This document shows positions 1 to 11,540 of a stretch of 64,000 bases of DNA, piece by piece. Numbering within the stretch: the stretch's first letter is position 1; each line of letters starts with the position of its first letter. Below the pieces are notes generated by a model. That model had not been told where the DNA came from. It searched no databases and saw only the letters and a list, made by a program, of their open reading frames with translations. Source of the DNA: Sphyrna mokarran (taxonomy: Eukaryota); NCBI GenBank assembly GCA_024679065.1, contig JAGIQG010000019.1, forward strand, positions 11,966,001 to 12,030,000. The letters run 5' to 3'. The translations under genes and the position numbers were made by a program.

Positions 1-627
1 GAATTACTAGCTATGGAAATGGGCATTGTTGTGCCACTAGATATGGGAAGAAAATTGGAACTGAAGATGAAGCTGATAGGAGAATATATCACGTAATATT
101 GAAGGCAGATCAGGTCCAATAGGGCCTTTCTTCACAGAACACTCACTGACCTGGGAATGTTCCTGATTGGTAAACTATCAAACAGGTTGGCAGGGCACCC
201 ATTTGGAACAGATTAAACTGGTTGCTTTTGCTACCATTAATTCCTAAGTCAATGCCATATTGGTTTACCAGTACCCACAAATGCACAGACCTCCCCTCTG
301 GTGAGCAACAGGAGCTTCGTGATACTGGGCGTGGGTGCCCAGCATTAGAACAGGACTCAGTGCATCAAAATCCAAACAGTCTATACTAAAGCAGACATCT
401 CGCCATTCTAATTCTCTCTGGCCAGAATTTTCTGAGCTTGCCTGCAGTTGGGATTCCTCAGTCCCACTGCCATGAAAGGGGATTTGACTGAGTACAACGT
501 TGAAGAATTTGGTCTCCATCTATCTTCAGTCTCTTGTTCTCTCCCCTCCCTCTTCCTCCTGCTCAAAAAAATAATTTTTGCAATAAATAGTTTCAAAATA
601 GGATTCTGAATGGAGAAAATGTCTAAT

Positions 628-803
628 CTCAGTTTCCTCCCTCAGTCCAAAGATATGCGAGTTAGGCAGATTGGCAATGCCAAATTACCCCTTAGTGCCA
701 GGGGGATTGGCTAAGGTCAACGTACGTGGTTATGGGGATCGGACCAGATGGAATTGTGATCGGTACAAATCTGATGGCCTCCTTTCGTACTGTATGATCT
801 TAT
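628..803 (+). mobile_element. HE1-like V-SINE, 3' part (CR1-type tail)
   Basis: cagtttcctccctcagtccaaagat...gatggcctcctttcgtactgtatgatc matches body and tail of fuller copies in the window. Confidence 0.75.
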
Positions 804-1802
804 TCTACTTTATTTGGCCAACAAACAAATCTAAAAAAAAAACAATTTTACTGTCCTGAGAAAAATCAGACTGAACACACTGTACACTGCCGGAGCTCCA
901 AGTTTGGCATTTTGGTAAGTATAGGGACCAATGTCATCGGTATCTCTCCAGCTGATGTAGTGATTGATCTGGTAACAATATCAATTCTACTCAAGGAGCT
1001 GAGGCTTCTTTGTAAAAAAAAAAAAGTTACACAGATACTCAAAGACACTAGGGAATTTAACCTCACTTCCTTGGACAAGGTCTCTTATGTTCATGTTATA
1101 AAATTCATGATCAACATTTTGTTTAACCTGGAAGAAGAAGGAGTATATCAGCAGGCAGTTTAGCCTATTACAGGGTCAATTCAAAGTAACTCCACGTGGC
1201 CTGTCTATATTTATAGTTGCGGACGAGCCTGTGGGCCCATCAGCCTTTACACTTTAGCTGGAAACTTGATCTACGGTGGGATGAAACTTCCTCGCTGAAA
1301 TAAAATTTTAAAAGTTGTCAGTGGATGGAGGTTTATATTTGAATGTGTTGCCCAGACAGACATTCTTTACAGTCTTTTTTTCCCCATTAGGATTTATTTT
1401 TCACAGCCCTGCAGTGGCTGTCCCCTTGAGGGAGGGCATTAGAAGCACCAGCCCGCATGATGGCTTTATTGCAGCTGTCACCATCTTCCTATCCTCCCCA
1501 GAAGCATGGCTTCTTTCCCAATGTGCTATTCACACTGACGACCCAGCGTGAGTGCAACCTGGGGCTCATCATGGTTGGAAGCCTGTTCCGTGCGTGTCTC
1601 TATGCCTGCCAAGTACACTCATCCAACAGGCACAAAATCCAGGCTGGTGTCACTGATGGAAGAAAAATTGTGGGCGTTCCTGACTTGGCAACGCACAGTT
1701 ATGGTTTGCGCTACTATGAGGTGCTCAGACTGACTGAAACTTATTTTCCAACTGGTAAGAAAATATAATATGTAAATTAAATACCTCATTGAATTTTTTT
1801 TT

Positions 1803-1965
1803 TTTAAGGCAATGGACACATTTTTGAACAGCAAAAGGAACTGAGGGTTCTGGAGAGCGGTCGAGTAAGTGGAGCTGAGTCCATGAAAAGATCAGCCATC
1901 TTATTGAATGGCAAAGCAGGCTCGAAGAGCCAAATGGCCTCCTCCTGCTCATTGTTCTTATGTTA
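1803..1965 (+). mobile_element. CR1 LINE 3' end fragment
   Basis: gatcagccatcttattgaatggcaaagcaggctcgaagagccaaatggcctcctcctgctc...ttcttatg, a CR1-type 3' UTR. Confidence 0.7.
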
Positions 1966-2137
1966 AAAGATTACAAATAATTAGAAGTTGTGTTTTCCCA
2001 GTCCATTTGCAAAGACCGATTCATTTCAATTGTTCATTCCAGAAACAATTTGTAACTTGAAATGGAATAAATGAGCACAAAGCTCTGTTGATGTGTGGTA
2101 CTTTGCAGCAAAATGATCTTGTCCCACATATTTTCAG

Positions 2138-2450
2138 ATCATAGAATCCTACAGTGCAGAAGGCAGCCATTTGGCACATTGAGTCTGCATGCACTAACTA
2201 TAATCCCAACCAAGCCTTATCCCATAACCCCATGCATTTACCCTAGCTCGTCCCCTGAAACTAAGAGGCAATTTAGTATGGCCAGTCTACTTAACCTGCA
2301 TATCTTTGGGAGGAAATTGGAGCATCCGCAGGAAACCCATGCAGGCACAAGGAGAATGTGCAAACTCCACACAGACAATGGCGCAAGCCAGGAATCAAAC
2401 CCCGGTTACTGGTGCTGTGAGGCAGCAGTGCTAACCACAGGGCCACCCCA
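2138..2450 (-). mobile_element. HE1-like V-SINE (CR1-type tail)
   Basis: Reverse complement has tRNA head ggttagcactgctgcctcacagc, V-domain and ctgcactgtaggattctatg tail. Confidence 0.85.
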
Positions 2451-2877
2451 GTATTTGGTATTCACTCTATTCCCTTCACAACTGCTTGCTCACAAAGCCA
2501 CACAGCTCCAACTTCAACCAAGTTGGACTATTTGAATTATAGATGTAACAGTCGATGTTAGCGGAGCCCCATCGTTCAGCAATAAAAGGTGCACTTAGCA
2601 GTGCCATCCAAAGAAATGTTATCGCTGGATAAATCTCGAAATTCACTTTACATAGGATATCAGTTATCGAATTAAATTTATAACCCCAACTCCAGACTTA
2701 ATTAGCAATCCATTAAGGGTGTATTAATGGTAATATTATAGGACTGGTATAAATCAATCCTGCAGGAAGTGTAAACGCTGTCTGTATCTGAACTGTATCT
2801 CGACTCCGCAAATGGGAGTTCTTCATTCCAGTAGAACCTGAACATGAGTTACACAACGTACACTTCATACCGACACA

Positions 2878-3082
2878 AGGGATGGAATTTCCTCCCCCAT
2901 GGTGTTTTGTGGCGGTTGGAGGTGGCACACCACTTGCTGGTAACAGTATCTTCTGGTCCTGCCGTAGGCGATGGGGTTTCCCCATGAATGAGCACCTCAC
3001 CACTGGGAGACCCGCACTGTGGATACGCTGTCGGCGGGTCTGTAATATCCCACTGCCATAAACAGCAGCAAGATTTCGGCAT
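2878..3082. mobile_element. Short non-autonomous TIR-like element (same family as 25109-25318, opposite orientation)
   Basis: Ends gggatggaatttcc / aagatttcggc; internal similarity to reverse complement of 25109-25318. Confidence 0.45.
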
Positions 3083-3345
3083 GCACGAGCAAGGGTAAAT
3101 ACCATAAATACATACCGTCAGTGCTAAGCCTTGCCCATTATGATATTTGTGTGTCATCTTCCTTAAGCCATCATTCTCCCCCTCTGCCCAACTATTTCCC
3201 TTGCACAAAAATAAGTGTGCATGTGGCAACTTCCACACATTTATCACAATTCCTGATCTGACGTTTGAGGTTCGAAATCATGAAGGTACGTCTACGAATG
3301 CACTTTGGTCCAAAGTCAACACAGCACTCAAGTTGTTTTGACCAA

Positions 3346-4478
3346 GAAGCCCACGGAAGGCTTCTGCAGAAAATGCAGATGTATGGGATAAAGGGTGATT
3401 TAGCTAATTGGATTAGGAATTGGCTAGCTGATAGAAGACAGAGGGTGGTGGTTGATGGGAGATATTCATCATGGAGTTCGGTTACAAGTGGTGTGCCTCA
3501 GGGGTCTGTTTTGGGGCCCCTGCTGTTTGTAATTTTTATAAATGATCTGGATGAGGGTATCGAAGGATGGATTAGTAAATTTGCAGATGACACTAAAGTC
3601 GGTGGAGTGGTAGATATGAAGAGGGGTGTTATAGTTTGCAGAGGGACTTAGACAAGTTGCAGAGCTGGGCCGAGAGGTGGCAAATGGAGTTTAATGTGGA
3701 AAAGTGTGAGGTAATGCACTATGGCAGAAATAATAAATGTGTCGAGTATAGGGCTAATGGTAGGATTCTTAGTAGTCTGGATGAACAGAGGGATCTTGGT
3801 GTGTATGTGCATAGATCCCTGAAAGTAAGCAGTCAAGTCGAGAAGGTTGTTAAGAAGGCATATGGAGTCTTAGCTTTTATTGGTAGGGGGATTGAATTTC
3901 GGAGCCGCAACGTCATGTTGCAACTGTACAAAACTCTAGTGCGCCCGCACTTGGAGTATTGTGTGCAGTTCTGGTCCCCACATTATAGAAAGATGTGGAG
4001 GCATTGGAGAGGGTACAGAGGAGGTTTACCAGGATGTTGCCTGGTATGGAGGGCAGGTCTTATGAAGAGAGGCTGAGGGATTTGAGGTTGTTTTCGTTAG
4101 AAAGAAGGCGGCTAAGAGGAGACCTTATTGAAACATAGAAGATGATTAGAGGTTTAGATAGGGTGGACAGTGATAGCCTTTTTCCTAGGATGGAGAAAGC
4201 TAGCACGAGGGGACATAGCTTTAAATTAAGGGGTGGTAGTTATAGGATGGATGTCAGAGGTAGGTTCTTTACCCAGAGGGTGGTAAGGGTATGGAATGCC
4301 CTGCCTGCTGCAGTTTTAGATGCGCCAAGTTTGGTGGCGTTTAAGAGGTTAGTAGATAAGTTTATGGAAGAGAAGGGAATGGTTTAGTTTGGAGGGTCAT
4401 TGCTTTTTTATAATGGTCGGCGCAACATCGAAGGCCGAAGGGCCTGTTCTGCGCTGTAATGTTCTATGATTCTATGAG
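3346..4478 (+). mobile_element. CR1 (HER1-like) LINE, 5'-truncated; RT C-terminal half with two frameshifts and a stop
   Basis: ORFs 3265-3651, 3636-4076, 4142-4387 give [33 protein letters not shown]; 3' tail ttctatgattctatg. Confidence 0.95.
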
Positions 4479-4624
4479 AGCTATTGGTTTTCATTCCACA
4501 TCAGATACTCAGAGGATTGCTGAAGACATAACAATGATCCAATTTTTAACAAAACTCATTCTCCAGTGTATGTGACTGCATTGCCTCCACTGCGTCAGTG
4601 ACCAGAACTACTGTACCAGCGTTG

Positions 4625-4925
4625 GTGCAGAAGGAGGACATCTACCCCAATGAGTCTGCACCAACTCTCTGAAAGAGCATCTTTCCCCGGCACATCACCC
4701 TTGCCCGATCCCTGTAATCCCGCACATTTACCATGGCTAATCCACCTAACCTACACATCTTTGGATGCCACCGGCAATTTAGCATGGCTAATCCACTTAA
4801 CCTGCACATCTTTTGACTGTGAGAGGAAACCCATGCAGACAGCAGGCAAAGATATAAAGTCCACATAGATAATCGTCCATGGCTGGTACTTGTGTCCTGT
4901 GAGTGCTAACCATCATGCCACCAAA
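4625..4925 (-). mobile_element. HE1-like V-SINE with two internal ~50-bp units
   Basis: Duplicated catggctaatccac(c/t)taacct(a/g)cacatcttt unit; CR1-type tail. Confidence 0.8.
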
Positions 4926-5404
4926 GAAGAATTAAGGAATGATATCTCAATTCCAGTCTTCTTGCAGACAAAATAAACCCAGCAATCTTAGTGAAATATT
5001 ACACGTCACTGCATAATTATAGAAATAAAGAGTGGAGAACAAATGTTAATACTTTAAAAAAAAGTCAAACTCAGGTTGGCTTAACACTGTGTTTGGTGTC
5101 TGATGGTGTGACATACAGAGGCTGTAACAGAGATCCTCACACACATACATCTCAACAGATATATGACAGCCATGAAGAATTATGACAAGAATTGCTAAAA
5201 GTATATGATTATCATTAGTTCTTTGGTTATGAAGTATGGTTGTGAAGATATGAAGTTACAAAGCTATAATTCACCATATGTAAATCCAAACATTTACACA
5301 GTTTATTCAGTGAGAACTGCAGACCACGGCCTCAAATTCTGCTTCAGAGCATGGGGCACTTGGGTTAACACACCAGCACTGTACTTGGGGTTGGGGGGTG
5401 TGGG

Positions 5405-6000
5405 GGGAGACTTCTATTTTTTGGATGAGAAGTTAAACTAAAACAGCGTGGTGGCACAGTGGTTAGCACTGCTGCTCACAGTGCCATGGACTCGGGTTCA
5501 ATTCTGGCCTCCGCTCACCGTGTTGTTTGCACATTCTCCCCATGTCTGCACGAGTTGCAGCTGGGTACTCCAGTTTCCTCCCACGATCTAAAGATGTGTG
5601 AGCTAGGTGGATTGCCATGCTAAATTTTCCTAGTGTCAGGGTGACTAGGATGAATACATGAGGTTATGGGGAAAGAGCCTGGGTGGGATTGTTGTTGGTG
5701 CAGACTTGATGGGCCGAATGGCCTCTTCTGCACTGTAGGGATTCTACGATTATGGATGTGAAAGGTCTCATGGCATTATTAGGAAGAGGTGAGGAATTTT
5801 CCTGTGTCCTAGTCAATACTTGCTCCTCAGCCATAGTCACCATGGTTTTATTACTGTTTACAGAACCTTGCTGTGTGTTGCTGCAATCTCTTCCATTTCC
5901 AAGCAATTACACATTCAATGGCTTCCATTGTCAGGAAAGCACGTGGGACATCTTGAGGTCATGAAAGATGCTAAATATATCTATATAGAAATGAAAGTCC
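5405..6000 (+). mobile_element. Old Deu-domain SINE (SacSINE1-like) interrupted by a V-SINE
   Basis: ggatgagaagttaaac | ggatgtgaaaggtctcatggcattatt...cttgaggtcatgaaagatgcta (L2-type tail). Confidence 0.55.
5446..5752 (+). mobile_element. HE1-like V-SINE (CR1-type tail)
   Basis: gtggcacagtggttagcactgctgc head; gggccgaatggcctcttctgcactgtagggattcta tail. Confidence 0.9.
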
Positions 6001-6184
6001 TGTCTTCTTTTCTATCTAGAATGTCTCCTTGGAGAAACATTACTCACTTTGATTTATTATTTTGAACTTTAATATTTTAAACCCATAAACTAGACAAAGA
6101 TGTCCAGTCCTTCAGTACTTCTGATAACAGGTGTCTTCATGTTCCTTACAGGACTAAACAAGGTGCGTAGCATTGCTGTAACCA

Positions 6185-6505
6185 TAGAATGCATTGAATC
6201 TTTACAGTGCAGAACAAGGCTATTCAGCCCATCGGGTTTGCACTGGTTCTTTGAAAGCACATCATGTCCAGAGCCATCCTATCCCGATAACCTCATTTTT
6301 ATTTTGCCATGTCTAATCCACCTAACATGCGCATCTTGAGACACGAAGGGGCAATTTAACATGGCCAATCCATCTAACCTGCGCATCTTTGGACTGTGGA
6401 GGAAACCCATGCAGACATGGGGAGAACACGCAAACACCACACAAGCAGTCACCCAAGGCCAGAATGGAACCCAGGTCCCTGGCAGTGAGGCAGCAGTGCT
6501 AATCA
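6185..6505 (-). mobile_element. HE1-like V-SINE
   Basis: Head, V-domain, duplicated unit and CR1-type tail on minus strand. Confidence 0.85.
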
Positions 6506-7149
6506 TCCACAAGGCAATTAAATATTTTTTAACCAAGATCTCACTGTAATATGTCCACCATTAGATATTTAATATGAAAAGATTTGATTTGAAAGAACAT
6601 ATGGCTAGAAACAATTATCATGAATAGCAAGTACAGGCAAGTAACATTTAATATAGTTTGCACCCGATAAAACTTTCCTATCGTATGATTATCCCGACGA
6701 GAGTTCTTTGTCAGGCTGCTGTAAAATTCCCTCTTGCCATGTGATGTGGGCACAGCTCTCACAAATAAGCTACAGCCCAGAGCCAAAGCACTGAAGTAGC
6801 AACCCCAGGAGTCTCCTGCACTGTTCTAATTATGCCAAGGACACAGAGTGTATGCGATCAGATAAACCCCCAATCTACTGGGTAAGGTTATCAACACAAA
6901 AAAAAAATCACTTCCTTTTTGTTTTACTGGTTTTTATAACTGCCTCTGGTTGCCACAGGCAGCTTCTCATTGTGTTTTCGATATTATCACAAATATCAGA
7001 TTATTAGAAAGTGAAATGTGTATCGGCTTAATTAAAAAAACTATGTTTTGTGAGATTAAGTCATTTTAATTCTCAGTGGGATGACAGTCTGAAAGCTATC
7101 TGGACTCCAGTCACTACCAATGCTTTCTGTAGAAGAATATTAATGTTAC

Positions 7150-8230
7150 TCAATGGCATCTGACATATCTCCTGTTTCTCTGCCCTCACCCCTTCCCGAG
7201 ACCATATCCTGATTTTTCATCGCACCAGTTTCTGCATTCAAAGGATCATCCTCCAACATTTACACTGATTCCAGCAGGATGCCACCATGAAACATCTTCC
7301 CCTCACTCCCTCTGCCATATATCAGCATTCTGCAGGGACCACTCCCTTGGAGACACCCTGGTTCACTCCTCCATCATAGGGTTAGAGAGATATGGGCCAA
7401 ACGCAGACAATTGGGAACAGCTTACTGGTAAAAATCGGATGGCATGGACAAGTTGGGTCGAAGGACCTGTTTCCATGCTGTTAACCTCTATGACATTGAG
7501 GTCATGGAATCCCCTTCTCATAACACTTTTGTGTGCAATTGTAGAAGGCGAACACCTGCACATTTATCACCTCCCTCCTCACTGTCCAAGGCACTAAACA
7601 CTCCTTTCAGGTGAACAAAGTTTCGCTTGTGTATCCTTCAGCATGGCAGGCAGCATGGTTACACAGTGGAAAGCACTGCTGCCTCACAGCACCAGGGACA
7701 CAGGTTCTATCCCCGGCTTGGGTCACCGTCTGTGTGGAGTTTGCACGTTCTCCCCATGTCTGCATGGGTTTGCTCTGGTTTCCTTCCACAGTCCAAAAGA
7801 TGTGGTTAGTTGCATTGGCTATGCTAAATTCTTCCTATGTGTACCTGAACAGGCACCAGAGCTTGGCGACTTAGGGATCTTCACATTAACACTGCAATAA
7901 AGTTAATGTAAACCTACTTGTGACTAATAAATAAACTTTACTTTTACTTCAATTTGCTCTGCTGTACTCATTGTTTCCTATGCAGTCTCCTCTTCACTGG
8001 AGATTAAACGCAGACCGAGCGATCACTGAGGAACTCCATCCAGGTACAAACATGACCCTCTGCTTCCTGTTCCTTGTTATTTTAACTCTTCCACTCTGAC
8101 TTTTCTATCCTTGGCCTGCTACCAATGAAACTCAACACAAACTCGAAAAAACAGCATCTCATCGTTCCCTCCAGCCTTCCAGATGCCAATGAATTCAACA
8201 ATTTCAGTCCATAACCTCTGCCTCCATTTT
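7150..8230 (+). mobile_element. Decayed Penelope-like element (RT-to-GIY-YIG linker and endonuclease), interrupted by a CR1 tail (~7375-7495) and a V-SINE
   Basis: Degenerate reading resembles PLE ORF motifs (IQRIIL..., SAF..DHSL.DTLVHSS, C-x-x-x-x-C linker, GE.KRR..D). Confidence 0.65.
7645..7945 (+). mobile_element. V-SINE, tail type B
   Basis: HE1-like head/body, then gtacctgaacaggcacc...gttaatgtaaacctacttgtgactaataaataaact. Confidence 0.85.
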
Positions 8231-8740
8231 GTTTCTCTTTTTTAATGGTTTATTTTTTCTTTATTCATTTGCTTTTCACATTCCCCCCTAACCCCACCAA
8301 CGCAGGTGAGTGGAGTAATTAAATAGTGAGGCAGGAGGAAGGTGGCATGGCAGGAACACCCAACAGAGGAATAAGAAAGAATTTGACCTAAAGTCAAGGA
8401 AGAACTCAGACTTGGATGTTGGGTCAGGTAGCACACGGATTAACAAATACCCAGGAATAGATAAGTGAACAGGGGCAATGAAAATTAGAATGCAGGGTAG
8501 TGCAAATCCGTTCCAGTTCAGTTGTTTCTTTTTTAATTGATCCAAGGTTTTTTTTTTAAAACAATCCAACAGTTTCATAATTACCATTAAGTTTTTAATT
8601 TCAGTTTAAGTAAGTTAAGATTTAAGTTTCCTATGCAGCTTGGAAAGGATTTGAACTCTTGTCTCGGAATTTTTGCGACTAGTCCCCGAGCGGGGTTCCG
8701 CCCAAGTTATTATGGCCTTTATCTGAGTTATTATGCTCAG

Positions 8741-9030
8741 GGCTGAACAGCGGTTGGCAGTGCTGCCACACAGCGACAGGGACCCGAATTTGATTCCGAG
8801 CTTGGGGGTCACTGAGTGCAAATCTGCACGTAGTCTGCGTGGGTTTCTTCCGGGTGCTCCAGTTTCCTCCCACAGTCTGAAAAACACACTGGTTAGGTTT
8901 GCTGGCCATGCTAAATTCTTTCTCAGTGTCCCCAAACAGGTGCCGGAGTGTAGCCACTAGGGGAATTTCACTAACTTCATTGCAGCGTTAATGTAAACCT
9001 ACTTGTGACACTAATAAATAAATGTTAACT
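8741..9030 (+). mobile_element. V-SINE, tail type B
   Basis: Head plus ...cattgcagcgttaatgtaaacctacttgtgacactaataaataaa. Confidence 0.85.
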
Positions 9031-9458
9031 TTCTTTTGGTGAGGAGTGAAAAGCTGATTCTGCATCTGTATTCAACATCCCATTCGCACTCGTTAGTCAC
9101 AACGAGGTTAATTTAGAAAGTATTCTGTCCTCTGCAGATACTATTTTCCAGGCCCAGTATACTCATGTTTTAAAAGGAGCCAATTTAAAATGGCTTTGAG
9201 TTAGAGAAAGAGTGAACTTGTTATTTACCAAAACATGAGAATAAAATAATAAAGTGTAACCTATGTACACAAATTTAGAAATGAGGGGAGGAATCTTAAG
9301 AAAATGGCAAAGTGCTAGGGTCAGACAGAAAATCAGTATGTTTCTCTGGGTAGACGATAGTAGTCATGATGTAGAGATGCCGGCGTTGGACTGGGGTAAA
9401 CTCAGTAAGAGTCTGGCAACACCAATTTTAAATCCAACCGATTTATTTGACAGTAAAC

Positions 9459-9496
9459 CTGCTAGCTTTCGGTGTTTGTGCCTTCATCAGGCGAAT
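9459..9496 (-). ncRNA. Minimal hammerhead ribozyme core in Penelope pLTR
   Basis: Minus strand CTGATGA-A-GGCACAAACACC-GAAA-GCTA. Confidence 0.65.
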
Positions 9497-10278
9497 GAGG
9501 TGTTCTGGTCTCCAAAAGCACATATATCAGCACAGACAGTTTACAGATTGTTAGCCACTTTAAAACTTGAATAGCAGGTTAGGTGTAAGGATTCACATTC
9601 TAGTCAGCAATGTGAGTGGAAGAAACACTGAGCACAGGTTAGAGAATTGTATATTGTCTCCAGACAGCACAGTGAGTTTTTTTGCTAACCCAGGCAAGTC
9701 ATGGGGGTTACAGATAGTGTGACACGAAGTCAAGATCCCTGTTAAGACCGTCCTCATGTGTGCGGAACTTGGCTATCAGTCTCTTCTCAGCGACTCTGCA
9801 CTGTCGTGTGTCATGAAGGCCCCCTTGAAGAACATTTACCCTCAGGTTGGAGGCCGAATGCCCGTGACTGCTGAAGTGTTCACCCACAGGAAGGGAACTG
9901 TTTTGCCTGGTGAGGTCACAGGTATTCGGCCTCTGATCTTCGGGTAAGGGGGCCTTCATGACACATGACAGCGCAGAGTCACTGAGCAGAGACTGATAGC
10001 CAAGTTCCGCACACATGAGGACGGTCTTAACAGGGATCTTGGCTTCATGTCACATTGTCTGTAACCCCCATGACTTGCCTGGGTTAGCAAAAAAACCTCA
10101 CTGTGCTGTCTGGAGAAAATACACATTTCTCTAACCTCAGTGCTCAGTGTTCCTTCCACTCACATTGTTAGCCACTTTAAGACTTGAATAGCAGGTTAGG
10201 TGTAAGGATTCGCACTCTAATCAGCAATCTGTAAACTGTCTGTGCTGATATGTGTGCTTTTGGAGACCAGAACACCTC

Positions 10279-10316
10279 ATTCGCCTGACGAAGGCACAAA
10301 CACCGAAAGCTAGCAG
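10279..10316 (+). ncRNA. Minimal hammerhead ribozyme core in Penelope pLTR
   Basis: CTGACGA-A-GGCACAAACACC-GAAA-GCTA. Confidence 0.65.
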
Positions 10317-11364
10317 GTTTACTATCAAATAAATCGGTTGGATTTAAAATTGGTGTTGCCAGACTTTCCCCGGGGAGATCCAGATCTTGTGGCACTTTGT
10401 CAAAATAAAACAATTTGGTGTGTTTCATACCACATGTTGGTGAGTGGGGCCTACACACACTGGCAAAGCCTGGCTGCACTGAGATCAGGAAGGCATGCTT
10501 AAAGGACACCCTGATCAGAGCAAAAAAATAACTTCCCCTCAGCTCAGAGGTCTCAGAAGCACCCCCCACTGATCAAAGATGGCATCTCCCATCCTCCTCT
10601 TCCACAATCAGAGCTGTCATCTCTCCAAACACCCCTCCCCCAGCCACAGAGTTGACATCTTTGTACAAACCCCCCCCCCCATTTTTCCCCTGAACACCAC
10701 CAGCATCAAACCCCCTTCTTCCTCCCCCACCCCCACTATACCACACATAAATCAGTCTCCCCCACCACTAGGGTCTCAAACCTGGCACTGCCAGGTCAAC
10801 ATAGTGCCAGCCTATCCCAGGGAAATGCTAAAGCACTGCCTGGCCATGCCCCTCCCCTCCGGATGTTATATTCACCTGTATGCCCCCATGAGACATTTTC
10901 CACCACAGGTTCATGTCTGGGTGAATCTATTGTAAACTTCATTGAGTACAAAAACACACCTCAGAGGAATATATGCTGAGGGGTGTGTGTAATTATGCAA
11001 ATTTATTAAAATCAGGTATCAACTTCAGGTTCACACCCATTATAGGTGTGAACATTATTACATCACTGCAGTGGCAAAAAAAAAATCAATCTCGCCACTA
11101 GGATTCATGATTCCCAGCTTTTGCTGAATTTTGAGTACCTAAACTGATTTAAAATAGGGATCATGAGTTTTGGGAGTCCCTGGGAAGTTTGTAAGTAGAT
11201 GATATTGATGTACTTTTATCCTACAGGTGCTTTGGTCCACCTTGTTGTCTAACGAGGAACATACACGCAATGGGTCGTGAGAGGGCTGCTATGGGATTTT
11301 TTTTTGAGAGTATCCTAGTGCTAAGCGTCGTTAGTGTACGCTTGATCTGGACCATTTGATGGGC

Positions 11365-11540
11365 AACACGACAGCTCAGTGACTATCACTGTGCTGTGCA
11401 GATACATGGATTTGGGCCTGTGTCTGTGGCAGTTTGTGCATTCTCCCCGTGCTTGTGTGGGTTCTCTCTGGGCGCTCCGGTTTCCTCCCACATCCCAAAG
11501 ATGTGCTCTTAGGCTAACTGGCAAAACAAATTCTTCCTAA
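11365..11540 (+). mobile_element. Old divergent V-SINE
   Basis: V-domain cattctccccgtgcttgtgtgggtt...ggcgctccggtttcctcccacatcccaaagatgtgc. Confidence 0.65.

Larger units (their letters stand above)
9362..10368. mobile_element. Penelope-like element as two inverted arms (GIY-YIG C-terminus plus pLTR)
   Basis: ORF 9708-10016(-) has LPVGEHFSSHGHSASNLRVNVLQGG...LIAKFRTHEDGLNRD; mirrored on + strand from ~9948; mirrored ORFs 9263+/10177- share a peptide. Confidence 0.9.
9284..11175. mobile_element. Degenerate non-autonomous DNA-transposon-like element hosting the Penelope insertion
   Basis: Begins ggggaggaatcttaagaaaa; C-rich interior resembles 20421-21287; boundaries uncertain. Confidence 0.35.

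Noticed and set aside
2713-2838. Minus-strand acceptor with two open frames
   Set aside because: Weak pyrimidine tract, no recognisable peptide, no donor
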